From Spirochaetia bacterium (GTDB lineage Bacteria; Spirochaetota; Spirochaetia; CAKZLE01), in NCBI GenBank assembly GCA_963677595.1, contig OY782041.1:3936001-4000000 (forward strand): a stretch of DNA of 64,000 nucleotides, in the 5' to 3' direction. Positions 36,609-46,304 of this stretch are shown here, piece after piece (the first letter of the stretch is position 1; every line of letters starts with the position of its first letter). Position numbers and translations under genes: made by a program. Under the pieces are notes generated by a model. It had not been told where the DNA came from. It ran no database searches and saw only the letters and a program-made list of their open reading frames with translations.

Positions 36609-37943
36609 TTACACCAGTGAATCCACCCGTTCCCAGACTCTTTCAGCTGACTGTGCGGCATCCGCATAGACCTTCTTCACATCGAAGGGGAACTCCCTGT
36701 TTCTCATGACGAACCTCCCGTTCACCATCACGCTGTTCACACTACCGGACCCGAGCCCGAATGCGATATGACCCGCGATGTTATCAGCGACGATCGGGGT
36801 CGGTGAGGCGTAGTCGCTGAGCACCAGGTCTGCCTTGTACCCCGGTGCGACCCGCCCGAAGCTCGATCCAAAATAACGCTTCAGGATCTCGTTGCCGCGA
36901 GTCAGGGCTGTGAGGAAGTCTCCCGGCCACCAGGGGCCGCCTGCATCGCGGTGCTTGAAGAAGGCGAACTTGAGCTCCTCGAACATGTCAGCCCCGATCC
37001 CGTCGGTTCCGAGGACCAGGTTCCTGATCTTCGGGAGGTTCCTGTTGTAGCCGACATGGTTGTTCATGTTCGACCTCGCGTTATGGGCAAGGAATGCATC
37101 CCGCTCATTGAACAGGGCTATCTCATCTTCTGAGAGGAAGATCCCGTGAACGAGGATGGTCTTGTCATCAAGGAGCCCGAACTCATCGAGCCGCCTCACG
37201 ATATCCTTCCGGTACTGGTGGTGTGACCAGGAGACATCATAGAGGTCTTCTGCAACATGGAGGTGCATGCCCCTACCTGTCTCCTTCACCGCTCCTGCCA
37301 TCAGCTCGAGCCCCTCATCCGAGATCGTGAAGGGTGCGTGGCCGCCGATTGCTGCCTCGACGAGATAGGGACTCTTGGGGTCGTTCCGGTCAGCCTCGAC
37401 CTCACGGGCGAAGGCGATGTTCTCCTCGACCCCGGCCTTCAGCTCTGCTGAACCGCCGTTGCGGTCGGTCACCTCATAGCAGGTCATGCCGCGCAGGCCG
37501 GTCTCCTCGAACCCCCGCTTGATCTGGTGCAGGGATCCCCGGATGTAGTTCGGGCTTGCATGATGGTCGATCACGGCAGTGGTACCGGCCTTGATCGCGT
37601 CGATGGAGCAGATCATCGAGGAGTAGTAGGTCGACTCCTCATCGAGGGCCCGGTCCATCCTCCACCAGAGGTTCTGCAGTGTGGAGATGAAATCAGGGGA
37701 CGGCGGTATGGATGCCGTGATCCCCCTCGAGAGACCTGAATAGTAGTGATGGTGGGAACAGACCATGCCAGGATGCACGATCCTCCCACCCGCTTCGATA
37801 AGCTCATCAGCTTCCACCCCTGCACCGGCACCCGGACCGACAGCGGTGATGAGGTCATCGTCAATGACGATATCTACAGCCTCTGTCACTGAACAGGGGG
37901 AGAACTCCACCAGGGTAGCATTTCTAATTACTGTCTTTGCCAT
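36609..37943 (-). CDS. ssnA: Amidohydrolase SsnA
   Basis: CSHHHYYSGLSRG, WWRMDRALD, DHHASP, HAPFT, HVAED, RSNMNN and GTDGIGADM. Confidence 0.93.
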   Translation of the reverse strand: MAKTVIRNATLVEFSPCSVTEAVDIVIDDDLITAVGPGAGAGVEADELIEAGGRIVHPGMVCSHHHYYSGLSRGITASIPPSPDFISTLQNLWWRMDRALDEESTYYSSMICSIDAIKAGTTAVIDHHASPNYIRGSLHQIKRGFEETGLRGMTCYEVTDRNGGSAELKAGVEENIAFAREVEADRNDPKSPYLVEAAIGGHAPFTISDEGLELMAGAVKETGRGMHLHVAEDLYDVSWSHHQYRKDIVRRLDEFGLLDDKTILVHGIFLSEDEIALFNERDAFLAHNARSNMNNHVGYNRNLPKIRNLVLGTDGIGADMFEELKFAFFKHRDAGGPWWPGDFLTALTRGNEILKRYFGSSFGRVAPGYKADLVLSDYASPTPIVADNIAGHIAFGLGSGSVNSVMVNGRFVMRNREFPFDVKKVYADAAQSAERVWERVDSLV

Positions 37944-37944
37944 A

Positions 37945-40900
37945 TCACTCTCCTACGGGACCGAGCAGGAAGCCGTAGTACCCGATGATCGTCTCGACCA
38001 GGGCGGCAGCCTGCTCCTCGATATCTGCATCGACCCTGCCGTCAGGGCCTATCCCTGCCTGGGAGACCTCTCCAGCGAGTCGCAGCGTCAGGACTCCGTT
38101 TTCCAGGAGCATCCCGTCATTCTCCGAGCTGCGGAAGTCATCCTCCCTGCTGAAGACCGTGAACTTATCGGTATAGGGACGTCCTTCCCAGGGGCAGAAG
38201 GTCGCACAGTTCCCGCACTCATTGCAGTAGGCGTCGATATGGACGATCTGGTAGGGGTTATCGAAGAGCCCGGTTTCCCGGACATCGATCGCCATGTTCG
38301 CCCGGTTCGGGCATACTTCCACGCACTTGTTGCAGATATAGCTGCATTCGAGGCAGCGTCTTGCCTCGATCCGGCCGAACTCCGCATCACTGATGCCAGG
38401 CCCGGCTGCTTCCAGGAGCACACCCTTCTTTTCCGTGATCTCACCGAAGAAGGCATCCTCAGCCTCCTCGATCCCGGCAGCCTCTTCTTCGGAGAGTTCC
38501 TCGAACTCATCTTCATGATCGTGATCGTGATCATGCTCCTCCTCAGGACCAAGGATGCTGTCTATGGCAGCTTCCACCGCCTTCCTGGCACTTGCGATGC
38601 ACTGTACGACGGTCGAGGGACCGCTCTGTGCGTCACCGATCATGTAGACCCCTTCTGTCTCTGTCTGGAGGGTATCGTCATCGACGATCGCCCATCCCTT
38701 GGGATTCACCGATATGCCCATTCCTTCGAGTGCGGCCGTATCGACATGTTCGCCGATCGCGGTGATCATGGTATCGACATGCAGGGAGACCGTCTTCTCT
38801 GTCGGTACCGGTCTCCTCCTGCCGCTGGAATCGGGCTCCCCGAGCTCCATCACCCTGCAGGTGAGCTCACCATCGGGGGTGAGGGATTCTGGGTTCGTGA
38901 GGAAGCTGAAGACCGCACCGTCTGAGATCGCGTTCTCATACTCCTCGAGGTCTGCGGGCATCTCCTTCTTCGTCCTCCGGTAGAGGACGTTCACGCTCTC
39001 CACCCCGTCGATCGTGAGGGCTGCCCTCGCACTGTCCATGGCAGTGTTGCCGCCGCCGATGACCGCTACATGCTTCCCGAGGCTCAGGGATGAAGGGTCC
39101 TTCCGGTAGGTCCCCAGGAGATCGAGGGCCTCGATGACCCTGCTCCTATCGCCTTCGAGCGGGATGGGGTTATCCTTCTCCGCACCCACGGCTACGAAGA
39201 TGTGGTCGAAGCCCTTTCCCTTGAGGGAACTGATGGTGATCTCCTCAGGTTCTGCCCCGAAGACGAAATTCACGCCATGTTTCCTGATGAACTCTATATC
39301 GGCCTCGATGGCCTCGACCGGGAGCCTGAAGCCCGGGATCACATGCCGTACGACACCCCCGGCACTCTCCTCACGCTCGAAGACAGTGACGACGAACCCG
39401 GCCCGTGCCAGGAAGTAGGCTGCGGAGAGCCCGGCGGGACCTGCCCCGATCACCGCAGCCTGGAAGTCACTCTTGAACGGTGCTTCCCAGCTCTCGATAT
39501 ACTCCTCGAATCCGTTGTCCACGGCGATGCGCTTCATCTCACGGATCTGCACAGCCCCCTCGTAATCGAGCCTGGTGCAGTTGTACATGCACTGGTGGTC
39601 GCAGATGTGACCGGTGATGTTCGGGAGCGCGTTCTTGTCATAGATGACCGACAAGGCCTGGGCATAGTCTCCCTCACCCACGAGGTAGAGGTATTCCGGT
39701 ACGTCCTGCCCGATCGGGCAGGCAACCGTGCAGGGTGCGACATAACAGTCGAACAGCGGCAGCGGTGCCCCGGTCGTGATCCTGTCGGTACCCCGGTAAT
39801 CCTTCGTAGCGTAATCGGCACTCACGGCTTCCGATGCGAGGGCTTCGAGCTTCACGAGGTCTATCGAATCCGCATCCCAGCCTTCGGCGGCCTCGCAGAT
39901 CTCAGCGATCTGCTTCATGCGCACATATCCGCCGGGCTTGAGCATCTCCGTGGCCATGGTGATCGGGTGGATCCCCGTCTCGAAGAGCTTCTGTATGTTC
40001 CCGGCATTCGCACCACCGGAATAGGAGATCGGCAGGCTGCCGTCAAATTCACAAGAAAGTTTGTATGCGAGGTTGACGCTCAGCGGGAAGAGGGCCCTTC
40101 CCGACATGTACATCTCCTCACCCGGGAGTTCACCCTGGTCATTCACTGAGCCGAGGGTATTGGTCAGCTTGACACCGAACTTCCGCCCCTGCTCCTTCGC
40201 AAGTGCTCTGAGACGTGTCAGCATAGCGACCGCATCGGGGTACTGCAGGTCATGATCGAAGGACTCCCTCTTCAGGTGGAGGTACTCATAGCCGAGACCG
40301 TCGAGGGTCTCCCTGACGAAGTCATACCCCAGGAGGGTCGGGTTCAGCTTCACGAAGGTGTCGATCTGCTTCTCTGCAAGCATGTAGGAGCAGATGGCCT
40401 CGATCTCGGCAGGGGGGCACCCATGCATGGTGGAGAGGGTCACTGACGGTGAGACCGTCCGGCTGATCCGGCTGCCGATACCCTTCAGGAGGGCATAATC
40501 TATCCCCTCACCCATCCCGTCGAGGAACTCCCCCTCACCGATGAGCTGCTCGAGCTCCTCTATATAGGAAGAGAACAGCTCATTCTTCGATGAGTCGAGC
40601 ATCGAGTCGATATAGGTCTGCATCTTAGCCGTCTTGATCCCCTCGAGGTCATAGCCAACGCTCATGTTGAAGATGAAGGAGGGCTCGGCTACCTGCTCCC
40701 CGGTAAGTACCTCTTCTAAGAGGTGGAGGATGATCCACGCCTTGATATACTCATCATACGCCTTCTCAAGGGTGTACTCGGTGGACCATTCCACATTATA
40801 CGCCTCATCCCTGGCATCGATGCACGGCTTGTCGATCTCAAGGGTATCAAGCTTCTGGACGGTCTTCAGTTCCATGAACCGACCGCCTGCAAGATAGGAT

Positions 40901-41112
40901 GTGATGATATTCTGTGCCAGCTGGGTATGGGGACCCGCAGCAGGACCTACCGGGGTGGAACAGTGCTGGTTGAGTACCTGTACCTTCCGTCCCGTCGTCT
41001 TCTCGAAGAACTGTTCCCTGTCGATACCGAAGATCGATTGGTTAGCCATGAACTCGGCACTCATCCTGCCGATCAGTTCCCGGAAAGGGACAGGTCTCAT
41101 ACTATCACCCAT
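37945..41112 (-). CDS. ygfK: YgfK flavo-iron-sulfur oxidoreductase
   Basis: MRPVPF, GPAAGPHTQLAQN, TLSTMHGCP, KLNPTLLG, GAGPAG, GGGNTAMD and C-terminal ferredoxin motifs (CLECSYICNKCVEVCPNRAN, CNECGNC). Confidence 0.95.
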   Translation of the reverse strand: MGDSMRPVPFRELIGRMSAEFMANQSIFGIDREQFFEKTTGRKVQVLNQHCSTPVGPAAGPHTQLAQNIITSYLAGGRFMELKTVQKLDTLEIDKPCIDARDEAYNVEWSTEYTLEKAYDEYIKAWIILHLLEEVLTGEQVAEPSFIFNMSVGYDLEGIKTAKMQTYIDSMLDSSKNELFSSYIEELEQLIGEGEFLDGMGEGIDYALLKGIGSRISRTVSPSVTLSTMHGCPPAEIEAICSYMLAEKQIDTFVKLNPTLLGYDFVRETLDGLGYEYLHLKRESFDHDLQYPDAVAMLTRLRALAKEQGRKFGVKLTNTLGSVNDQGELPGEEMYMSGRALFPLSVNLAYKLSCEFDGSLPISYSGGANAGNIQKLFETGIHPITMATEMLKPGGYVRMKQIAEICEAAEGWDADSIDLVKLEALASEAVSADYATKDYRGTDRITTGAPLPLFDCYVAPCTVACPIGQDVPEYLYLVGEGDYAQALSVIYDKNALPNITGHICDHQCMYNCTRLDYEGAVQIREMKRIAVDNGFEEYIESWEAPFKSDFQAAVIGAGPAGLSAAYFLARAGFVVTVFEREESAGGVVRHVIPGFRLPVEAIEADIEFIRKHGVNFVFGAEPEEITISSLKGKGFDHIFVAVGAEKDNPIPLEGDRSRVIEALDLLGTYRKDPSSLSLGKHVAVIGGGNTAMDSARAALTIDGVESVNVLYRRTKKEMPADLEEYENAISDGAVFSFLTNPESLTPDGELTCRVMELGEPDSSGRRRPVPTEKTVSLHVDTMITAIGEHVDTAALEGMGISVNPKGWAIVDDDTLQTETEGVYMIGDAQSGPSTVVQCIASARKAVEAAIDSILGPEEEHDHDHDHEDEFEELSEEEAAGIEEAEDAFFGEITEKKGVLLEAAGPGISDAEFGRIEARRCLECSYICNKCVEVCPNRANMAIDVRETGLFDNPYQIVHIDAYCNECGNCATFCPWEGRPYTDKFTVFSREDDFRSSENDGMLLENGVLTLRLAGEVSQAGIGPDGRVDADIEEQAAALVETIIGYYGFLLGPVGE

Positions 41113-41154
41113 AATCACTCCTCCATAACCGTAATTCAATAAACCCTATCCTTC

Positions 41155-41182
41155 ATTGTACTGTCAAAAGAACTTCTGTCAA
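41155..41182 (-). promoter_or_regulatory. Sigma70-type promoter for the ygfK operon
   Basis: Minus strand TTGACA-16 nt-TACAAT about 45 nt upstream of the ygfK ATG. Confidence 0.6.
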
Positions 41183-41190
41183 TAAAAAGT

Positions 41191-41210
41191 TGCAACAATC
41201 TGCAACAATT
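41191..41210. promoter_or_regulatory. Candidate operator: TGCAACAAT direct repeat just upstream of the ygfK -35
   Basis: tgcaacaatc-tgcaacaatt; matches 18386-18405. Confidence 0.45.
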
Positions 41211-41371
41211 GATATATTTGCATAAAATAAATATTGACTTTACAACCCAATTGGTGTAAAAGGTAAGAATTGGTGGAATATTCTACGTATTCGTAAATAT
41301 TCTATTTCATATTTGGTTTTTTACGAAATCGTAATATAATAAAAACTGATATCTGAATTGGAGGAGAAGTT

Positions 41372-42835
41372 ATGATAGATCTGACCATGCATGAGGAGAT
41401 CCGAGAGAAGAACATCCAGCGCTGCCGAGAGAAAGGGATCATCTATCCCACGTTCGCACAGATGAAGGACCCGTCACTGATCCCGACCCAGCTTGAGGAG
41501 AAGCTCCACAGCACCGGGCTCTGGGATGTCGATCCCGTGAACCTCTTCAGGATCACCTGGAAGAACGAGCCCGCCGACCAGGGCGGACGGCACCACGGGG
41601 TAAACTACCTCGAGGTCCCCAGGGAGATCACCGGCACGAAGGCACGGATCTTCGCACTCGTCGGGAAATGGTTCCCCACCGGTGCCCACAAGGTTGGAGC
41701 GACCTACGGCTGTCTTGCACCCGCACTCACGACCGGTAACTTCGACTCGACCACACAGAAGGCTGTATGGCCCTCGACCGGTAACTACTGCCGGGGCGGC
41801 GCCTACAACTCAGCCCTGCTCGGCTGCGACTCGATCGCCATCCTTCCCGAGGAGATGAGCAAGGAACGGTTCGAGTGGCTCAAGTCTGTAGCCGGCGAGG
41901 TCATCGCTACCCCGGGCTGCGAGAGCAACGTCAAGGAAATCTTCGACAAGTGCCATGAGCTCGATGCTGAGCGAGGGGACAACATCGTCATCTTTAACCA
42001 GTTCGACCAGTTCGGCAACTACCTGTGGCACTACTCCGTGACCGGTTCAGCGATCGAGGAGTTCCTCACCGCTGAAGGGATCACTGCCGGCCAGCTCAAG
42101 GGCTATGTCTCAGCTACCGGTTCAGGCGGTACGCTCGCTGCAGGGGATTACCTCAAGCAGAAGTACCCGGAAGTCAAGATCGGCGCAGCCGAGGCACTCC
42201 AGTGCCCGACCCTGCTGCGCAACGGGTTCGGCGGCCACCGGATCGAGGGCATCGGCGACAAGCATGTCCCCTGGATCCATAACGTGAAGAATACCGACAT
42301 GGTCCTCGCCATCGATGATAACGACTGCATGGACCTCCTGAGGCTCTTCAACGAGGAGAACGGCCAGAAGGAACTTGCAGAGGACGGCGTGACCAAAGAG
42401 TTCATAGAGAAACTGGACCTCTTCGGCATCTCGGGCATCGGCAACCTGCTCGGCGCCATCAAGATGGCCAAGTTCTACGAGATGGAAGAGGATGACGTGA
42501 TCGTTACCGTCCTGACCGACTCTGCCGAGATGTACGTCTCCAGGCTCGCAGAGATGAACGAGGCACGGGGCGAGTTCACGGTCAAGGATGCTGCAGGCAC
42601 CTACCAGGCGTCCCTGATGCACCAGACGATGGAGAATGCCAAGGAACTCGGGTACTATGACCGACTCGCGATCCACAACCTCAAGTACTACACCTGGATC
42701 GAGCAGCAGGGCAAGGAGATCGATGAGATCAACGCACAGTGGTATGACCGGGAGTACTGGACACGGATCCAGGCCCTCGAACCGCAGATCGATGCACTCA
42801 TCAATGAGTTCAACGAGAAGGTAGGACTTCTCTAG
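41372..42835 (+). CDS. Fold-type II PLP-dependent enzyme, specificity unknown
   Basis: FPTGAHKVG (PLP Lys), PSTGNYCRGG, GSGGT and HRIEGIGDKH. Confidence 0.8.
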   Translation: MIDLTMHEEIREKNIQRCREKGIIYPTFAQMKDPSLIPTQLEEKLHSTGLWDVDPVNLFRITWKNEPADQGGRHHGVNYLEVPREITGTKARIFALVGKWFPTGAHKVGATYGCLAPALTTGNFDSTTQKAVWPSTGNYCRGGAYNSALLGCDSIAILPEEMSKERFEWLKSVAGEVIATPGCESNVKEIFDKCHELDAERGDNIVIFNQFDQFGNYLWHYSVTGSAIEEFLTAEGITAGQLKGYVSATGSGGTLAAGDYLKQKYPEVKIGAAEALQCPTLLRNGFGGHRIEGIGDKHVPWIHNVKNTDMVLAIDDNDCMDLLRLFNEENGQKELAEDGVTKEFIEKLDLFGISGIGNLLGAIKMAKFYEMEEDDVIVTVLTDSAEMYVSRLAEMNEARGEFTVKDAAGTYQASLMHQTMENAKELGYYDRLAIHNLKYYTWIEQQGKEIDEINAQWYDREYWTRIQALEPQIDALINEFNEKVGLL

Positions 42836-42856
42836 GGAAGCACGCAAACCATGAAG

Positions 42857-42885
42857 GACCGGGCAGAGACTGCCCGGTCTCTTTC
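42857..42885 (+). terminator. Hairpin/terminator between the two PLP genes
   Basis: gaccgggcag/ctgcccggtc followed by tctttc. Confidence 0.6.
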
Positions 42886-42905
42886 GTTGTAAGGAGACGA
42901 GACAA

Positions 42906-44126
42906 ATGAGATTCAGCTACAGGTGTTCGGACTGCGGCACACGGTATGAGACAGAGGAGCTCATGTATCGCTGCCCCGCATGTGATACAGACCCGGGAGA
43001 CAGGTTCCAGAGCGGGAACCTGATCGTCGAACTCGAGCTAAAGGGACTGCGGGAACTCGCGAAGAAGGACCATGTGACCCCCTTCGACTTCTTCCCCTAC
43101 ACCGTTCCCTCCCCGGAAGCCTATCCCGTCGGGAACACCCCCCTTTCAGTATCACCACGGCTCTCCGCGGCTTACGGCTTGAAGAACCTTCGGTTCAAGC
43201 TCGAGGGGCAGAACCCTTCAGGGTCCTTCAAAGACCGTGCCTCCCAGCTCATAGCAGCCCAGGCACAGGCCCTCGGGGAGCAGAAGGTCGTACTCGCCTC
43301 AACCGGGAATGCAGGATCCGCCATGGCCTGCGCCGGGGCAGCCTACGGGTTGGAGATCGTGCTCTTCGTACCGGCATCAGCCCCGGTGAACAAGCTGATG
43401 CAGTCGGTCCTCTACGGCGCCCATGTGATCCCGGTGAACGGGACCTATGATGATGCCTTCGCCCTCTCTATCGCCTATTCGCAGGAGTTCGGCGGGATCA
43501 ACCGGAACACGGCCTACAACCCCATGACCATCGAGGGCAAGAAGAGTGTGAGTATCGAGCTGTTCGAGCAGCTCGGCAGGCGACTGCCGGATGCGGTCTA
43601 TGTCCCGGTCGGGGACGGGGTCATCCTCTCCGGCGTCTACAAGGGGTTCAAGGACCTCATGGATGCCGGCATCACCGATCACGTCCCTGCCATCATCTGC
43701 GTGCAGTCCTCGGGAAGTGACGCGATCAGCCGAGCCTGGAGTACCGGTGAGTTCAAGTCCCTCAAAGAGGCAACCACGACCGCCGATTCCATCTCGGTCG
43801 CCTCCCCTGCGAACGGCAGGATGGCTGTGGATTATATCAAGGCCTCGGGAGGCTGGGCGACGGTCATCAGCGATGAGGACATCTCCGAAGCACAGCTCGA
43901 GTTGGCGCATGATGCGGGCATGTTCGCAGAACCTGCAGCATCCGCTGCCTGGGCCGGTGTCCGTGCTGACAGGGAGAAGCTCCTCGAGACCTTCGGCCCC
44001 GAGGCTGAGGTCACGGTCCTGCTCACCGGTACGGGGTTCAAGGACATGAAGTCCTTCGACGGCAAGGTGTCCATCCCCCCTTCGATCGAACCGACAGTCG
44101 AGGCCATGCGGGTCTATATGAAGTAG
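42906..44126 (+). CDS. Threonine synthase-like PLP enzyme with N-terminal Zn ribbon
   Basis: CSDC..CPAC, GNTPL, NPSGSFKDR, ASTGNAG, VPVGDG, EPAASA and TGTGFKD. Confidence 0.85.
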   Translation: MRFSYRCSDCGTRYETEELMYRCPACDTDPGDRFQSGNLIVELELKGLRELAKKDHVTPFDFFPYTVPSPEAYPVGNTPLSVSPRLSAAYGLKNLRFKLEGQNPSGSFKDRASQLIAAQAQALGEQKVVLASTGNAGSAMACAGAAYGLEIVLFVPASAPVNKLMQSVLYGAHVIPVNGTYDDAFALSIAYSQEFGGINRNTAYNPMTIEGKKSVSIELFEQLGRRLPDAVYVPVGDGVILSGVYKGFKDLMDAGITDHVPAIICVQSSGSDAISRAWSTGEFKSLKEATTTADSISVASPANGRMAVDYIKASGGWATVISDEDISEAQLELAHDAGMFAEPAASAAWAGVRADREKLLETFGPEAEVTVLLTGTGFKDMKSFDGKVSIPPSIEPTVEAMRVYMK

Positions 44127-44135
44127 TAACACTAT

Positions 44136-44168
44136 ACGGACCGGCAATGACTGCCGGTCCGTTTCTTA
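44136..44168 (+). terminator. Intrinsic terminator
   Basis: acggaccggca/tgccggtccgt followed by ttctt. Confidence 0.7.
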
Positions 44169-44248
44169 CTCTCTCTGATAGTTGTATGTGCTTCGCCATC
44201 ATGATATAGTGTAGGTACAAAATCCAACACGTTGATGGAGAGAACCAT

Positions 44249-44746
44249 ATGGAACTGTTTCTGATCGGTCTCGGAATAGGACTGCTCCTGTGCATCATAT
44301 CATTGATCAATACGGCCCGGGTCAAGAGCAAGTACAAGAAAGAAATTCAGAAGATAAAGAACATCGTCTCACAGAAGCTCGATATAGAGTCTGACTCACT
44401 CACATCCATGAAGCAGGAGATCAAGGACCTGAAGGAACAGAACGAGAACCTCCGGGTGAGCATCCGTTCCATGGCCGGGAAGACCACCAAGAAGGAGATG
44501 ACGAGGTTCCAGGTCTATGACCGGGCGATCGAGATCATGTCCCTGAAGGCTCCCGGATTCGCCCCTGCCTGGCAGACAGCCCTGCGGGAGAGCGAGGAGG
44601 AGATGGACAAGGTATTCCTCGGCTTCAAGCCCTTCATGAGGAAGGCTGTATCAGGGAAGATCGCTGACAAGTCAGACGCGGCACTCCGTATCGAGGATGT
44701 CACACCCCAGCCAGAGGTCAAGCGCATCAGCGAATCGAATGAATAG
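44249..44746 (+). CDS. Membrane-anchored coiled-coil hypothetical protein
   Basis: N-terminal TM helix, heptad-like region and GGAG RBS. Confidence 0.7.
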   Translation: MELFLIGLGIGLLLCIISLINTARVKSKYKKEIQKIKNIVSQKLDIESDSLTSMKQEIKDLKEQNENLRVSIRSMAGKTTKKEMTRFQVYDRAIEIMSLKAPGFAPAWQTALRESEEEMDKVFLGFKPFMRKAVSGKIADKSDAALRIEDVTPQPEVKRISESNE

Positions 44747-45707
44747 ATCGGTCCTGGCTCTCGGGGATGTCAATCCTGATATCCTGCTCCCCCTCAAGAA
44801 CGCAGACGGGACTCCCCTGCGGGCGTCCGTCTCCGGGGGAGGGACTGTTGCCAATGTCGCCAGCGGCCTCGCCCGCCTCAGGATCCCTGTCTCCTTCTGC
44901 GGGAGGACTGGGGAGGATGCCTACGGACACCTGATGGAAGGGTTCCTGAGAGAAGACGGGGTGGACACCACCCGCCTCCTCTTCGAGAAGGACTGCTTCA
45001 CGAACATGGCCTTCGCGGTCATCGACCCGGACGGCGAACGGACGATCTTCATCTGGCCCCCTGAGGGAGCCGCACAATCGCGTCTCACCGTCGACGACCT
45101 CCAGTTCGATATTTCACCCTATTCACTGCTTCACATCTCCACGATCAACCTGCGGGAGGAACCGTCAGGAGAGGCGATCTTATCGATGGCAGAGAGGTTC
45201 TGCGACAGCGGGAAGCCTGTTACCTTCGACATGAACTTACGCATGGAGTTCTTCGAGGAGAGTCCCCGATTCCAGCGCAATCTCGAACGCGCCCTTGATG
45301 CTGCCGATATCATCTTCGGGTCTGCCGAGGAGGAGATCATGCCGTTGACGGGTATAGGCGACCCGGAGAAGGCTTCACGGGTCCTTGCCCCGTCAAAGAT
45401 AGTCATCGCCCGCATGGGGCCGGAGGGGGTCCTCTGTGTGAGGCCTGCCGGGACTACCCATATCCCCGCCTACCCGGTCGAACCTGTGAACACCATCGGT
45501 GCCGGTGATGCCTTCGACTCCGGATTCATCGCAGGTCATATCCTCGGGCTCGATACCCGGGATGCTGCCATATGGGGTAATGCCTGTGCGGCAGTGAGCA
45601 TAACCCGCCCCGATGCCAGAAGCTGCCCGACGAGGGATGAGCTGTACGCATTCCTTAGGTCCAACCACCCTGAGGCGGAACTGAAGGAGCTGCTCAATGT
45701 GGACTAA
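44739..45707 (+). CDS. PfkB/ribokinase-family carbohydrate kinase
   Basis: GGTVANVA..LARL, G.D.YG, FDMNLR and NTIGAGDAF. Confidence 0.9.
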   Translation: MNRSVLALGDVNPDILLPLKNADGTPLRASVSGGGTVANVASGLARLRIPVSFCGRTGEDAYGHLMEGFLREDGVDTTRLLFEKDCFTNMAFAVIDPDGERTIFIWPPEGAAQSRLTVDDLQFDISPYSLLHISTINLREEPSGEAILSMAERFCDSGKPVTFDMNLRMEFFEESPRFQRNLERALDAADIIFGSAEEEIMPLTGIGDPEKASRVLAPSKIVIARMGPEGVLCVRPAGTTHIPAYPVEPVNTIGAGDAFDSGFIAGHILGLDTRDAAIWGNACAAVSITRPDARSCPTRDELYAFLRSNHPEAELKELLNVD

Positions 45708-46293
45708 CCTGCCAATCCGAAGATTCTTCCTCATCGGACTCCTCTGCCTCATCGCAGTGAATGCTGCAGGAGAGGATAATTCCCCGTTATCGATCGCTAC
45801 AGATTCATGGGATATCGAGATGTATCATGAAGATCAGGATACCATCTCGACGGTAACGACGCTTGCTTCGCTGGCAATGCCGCTGGCCCTCTATGCGGAG
45901 GGCCAGGAGGAGATCACACGGTTGCCCGTCTCCTACGGCCTGTCGATCGGTACAACCTACCTTGCAAAAGAACTGCTCAAGGGACTCATAGACAAGAGGC
46001 GGCCTGATGCCTATATCGCTGAGTTCGGGATAGAGGATGAGGATGCCTTCGACTCGTTCCCGTCAGGTCATACCGCCTTGAGTTTCGCCGCAGGCACGTT
46101 CCTCGCGACCGCTTACGCCAAGGACCACCAGAACTCCCCATTGGCAGTGCCGGTGAGTATCGTGACGTTAGGTATGTCTTCTCTCACCGGTGTCCTCAGA
46201 TATACGTCGGGATCCCACTACCCCGTCGACATCTTCGCCGGGGCGCTTCTCGGGATCCTCATCGGTGGAGCCGGGGCTTTACTGCTGTACTGA
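45697..46293 (+). CDS. PAP2-family phosphatase
   Basis: K....KRRP, SFPSGH and R...GSHYPVD motifs. Confidence 0.88.
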   Translation: MWTNLPIRRFFLIGLLCLIAVNAAGEDNSPLSIATDSWDIEMYHEDQDTISTVTTLASLAMPLALYAEGQEEITRLPVSYGLSIGTTYLAKELLKGLIDKRRPDAYIAEFGIEDEDAFDSFPSGHTALSFAAGTFLATAYAKDHQNSPLAVPVSIVTLGMSSLTGVLRYTSGSHYPVDIFAGALLGILIGGAGALLLY

Positions 46294-46304
46294 GTCTGCC
46301 GTCC

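Noticed and set aside
8353-41112. Selenocysteine (in-frame UGA) recoding in the Se/Mo genes
   Set aside because: All of these ORFs look full length, SelD has Cys (SGCGAK), and the TGA stops fall at normal gene ends or in gene overlaps.
42906-44126. Calling this gene thrC
   Set aside because: The family is clear, but there is no thr operon context and it is linked to purine catabolism, so function was left open.
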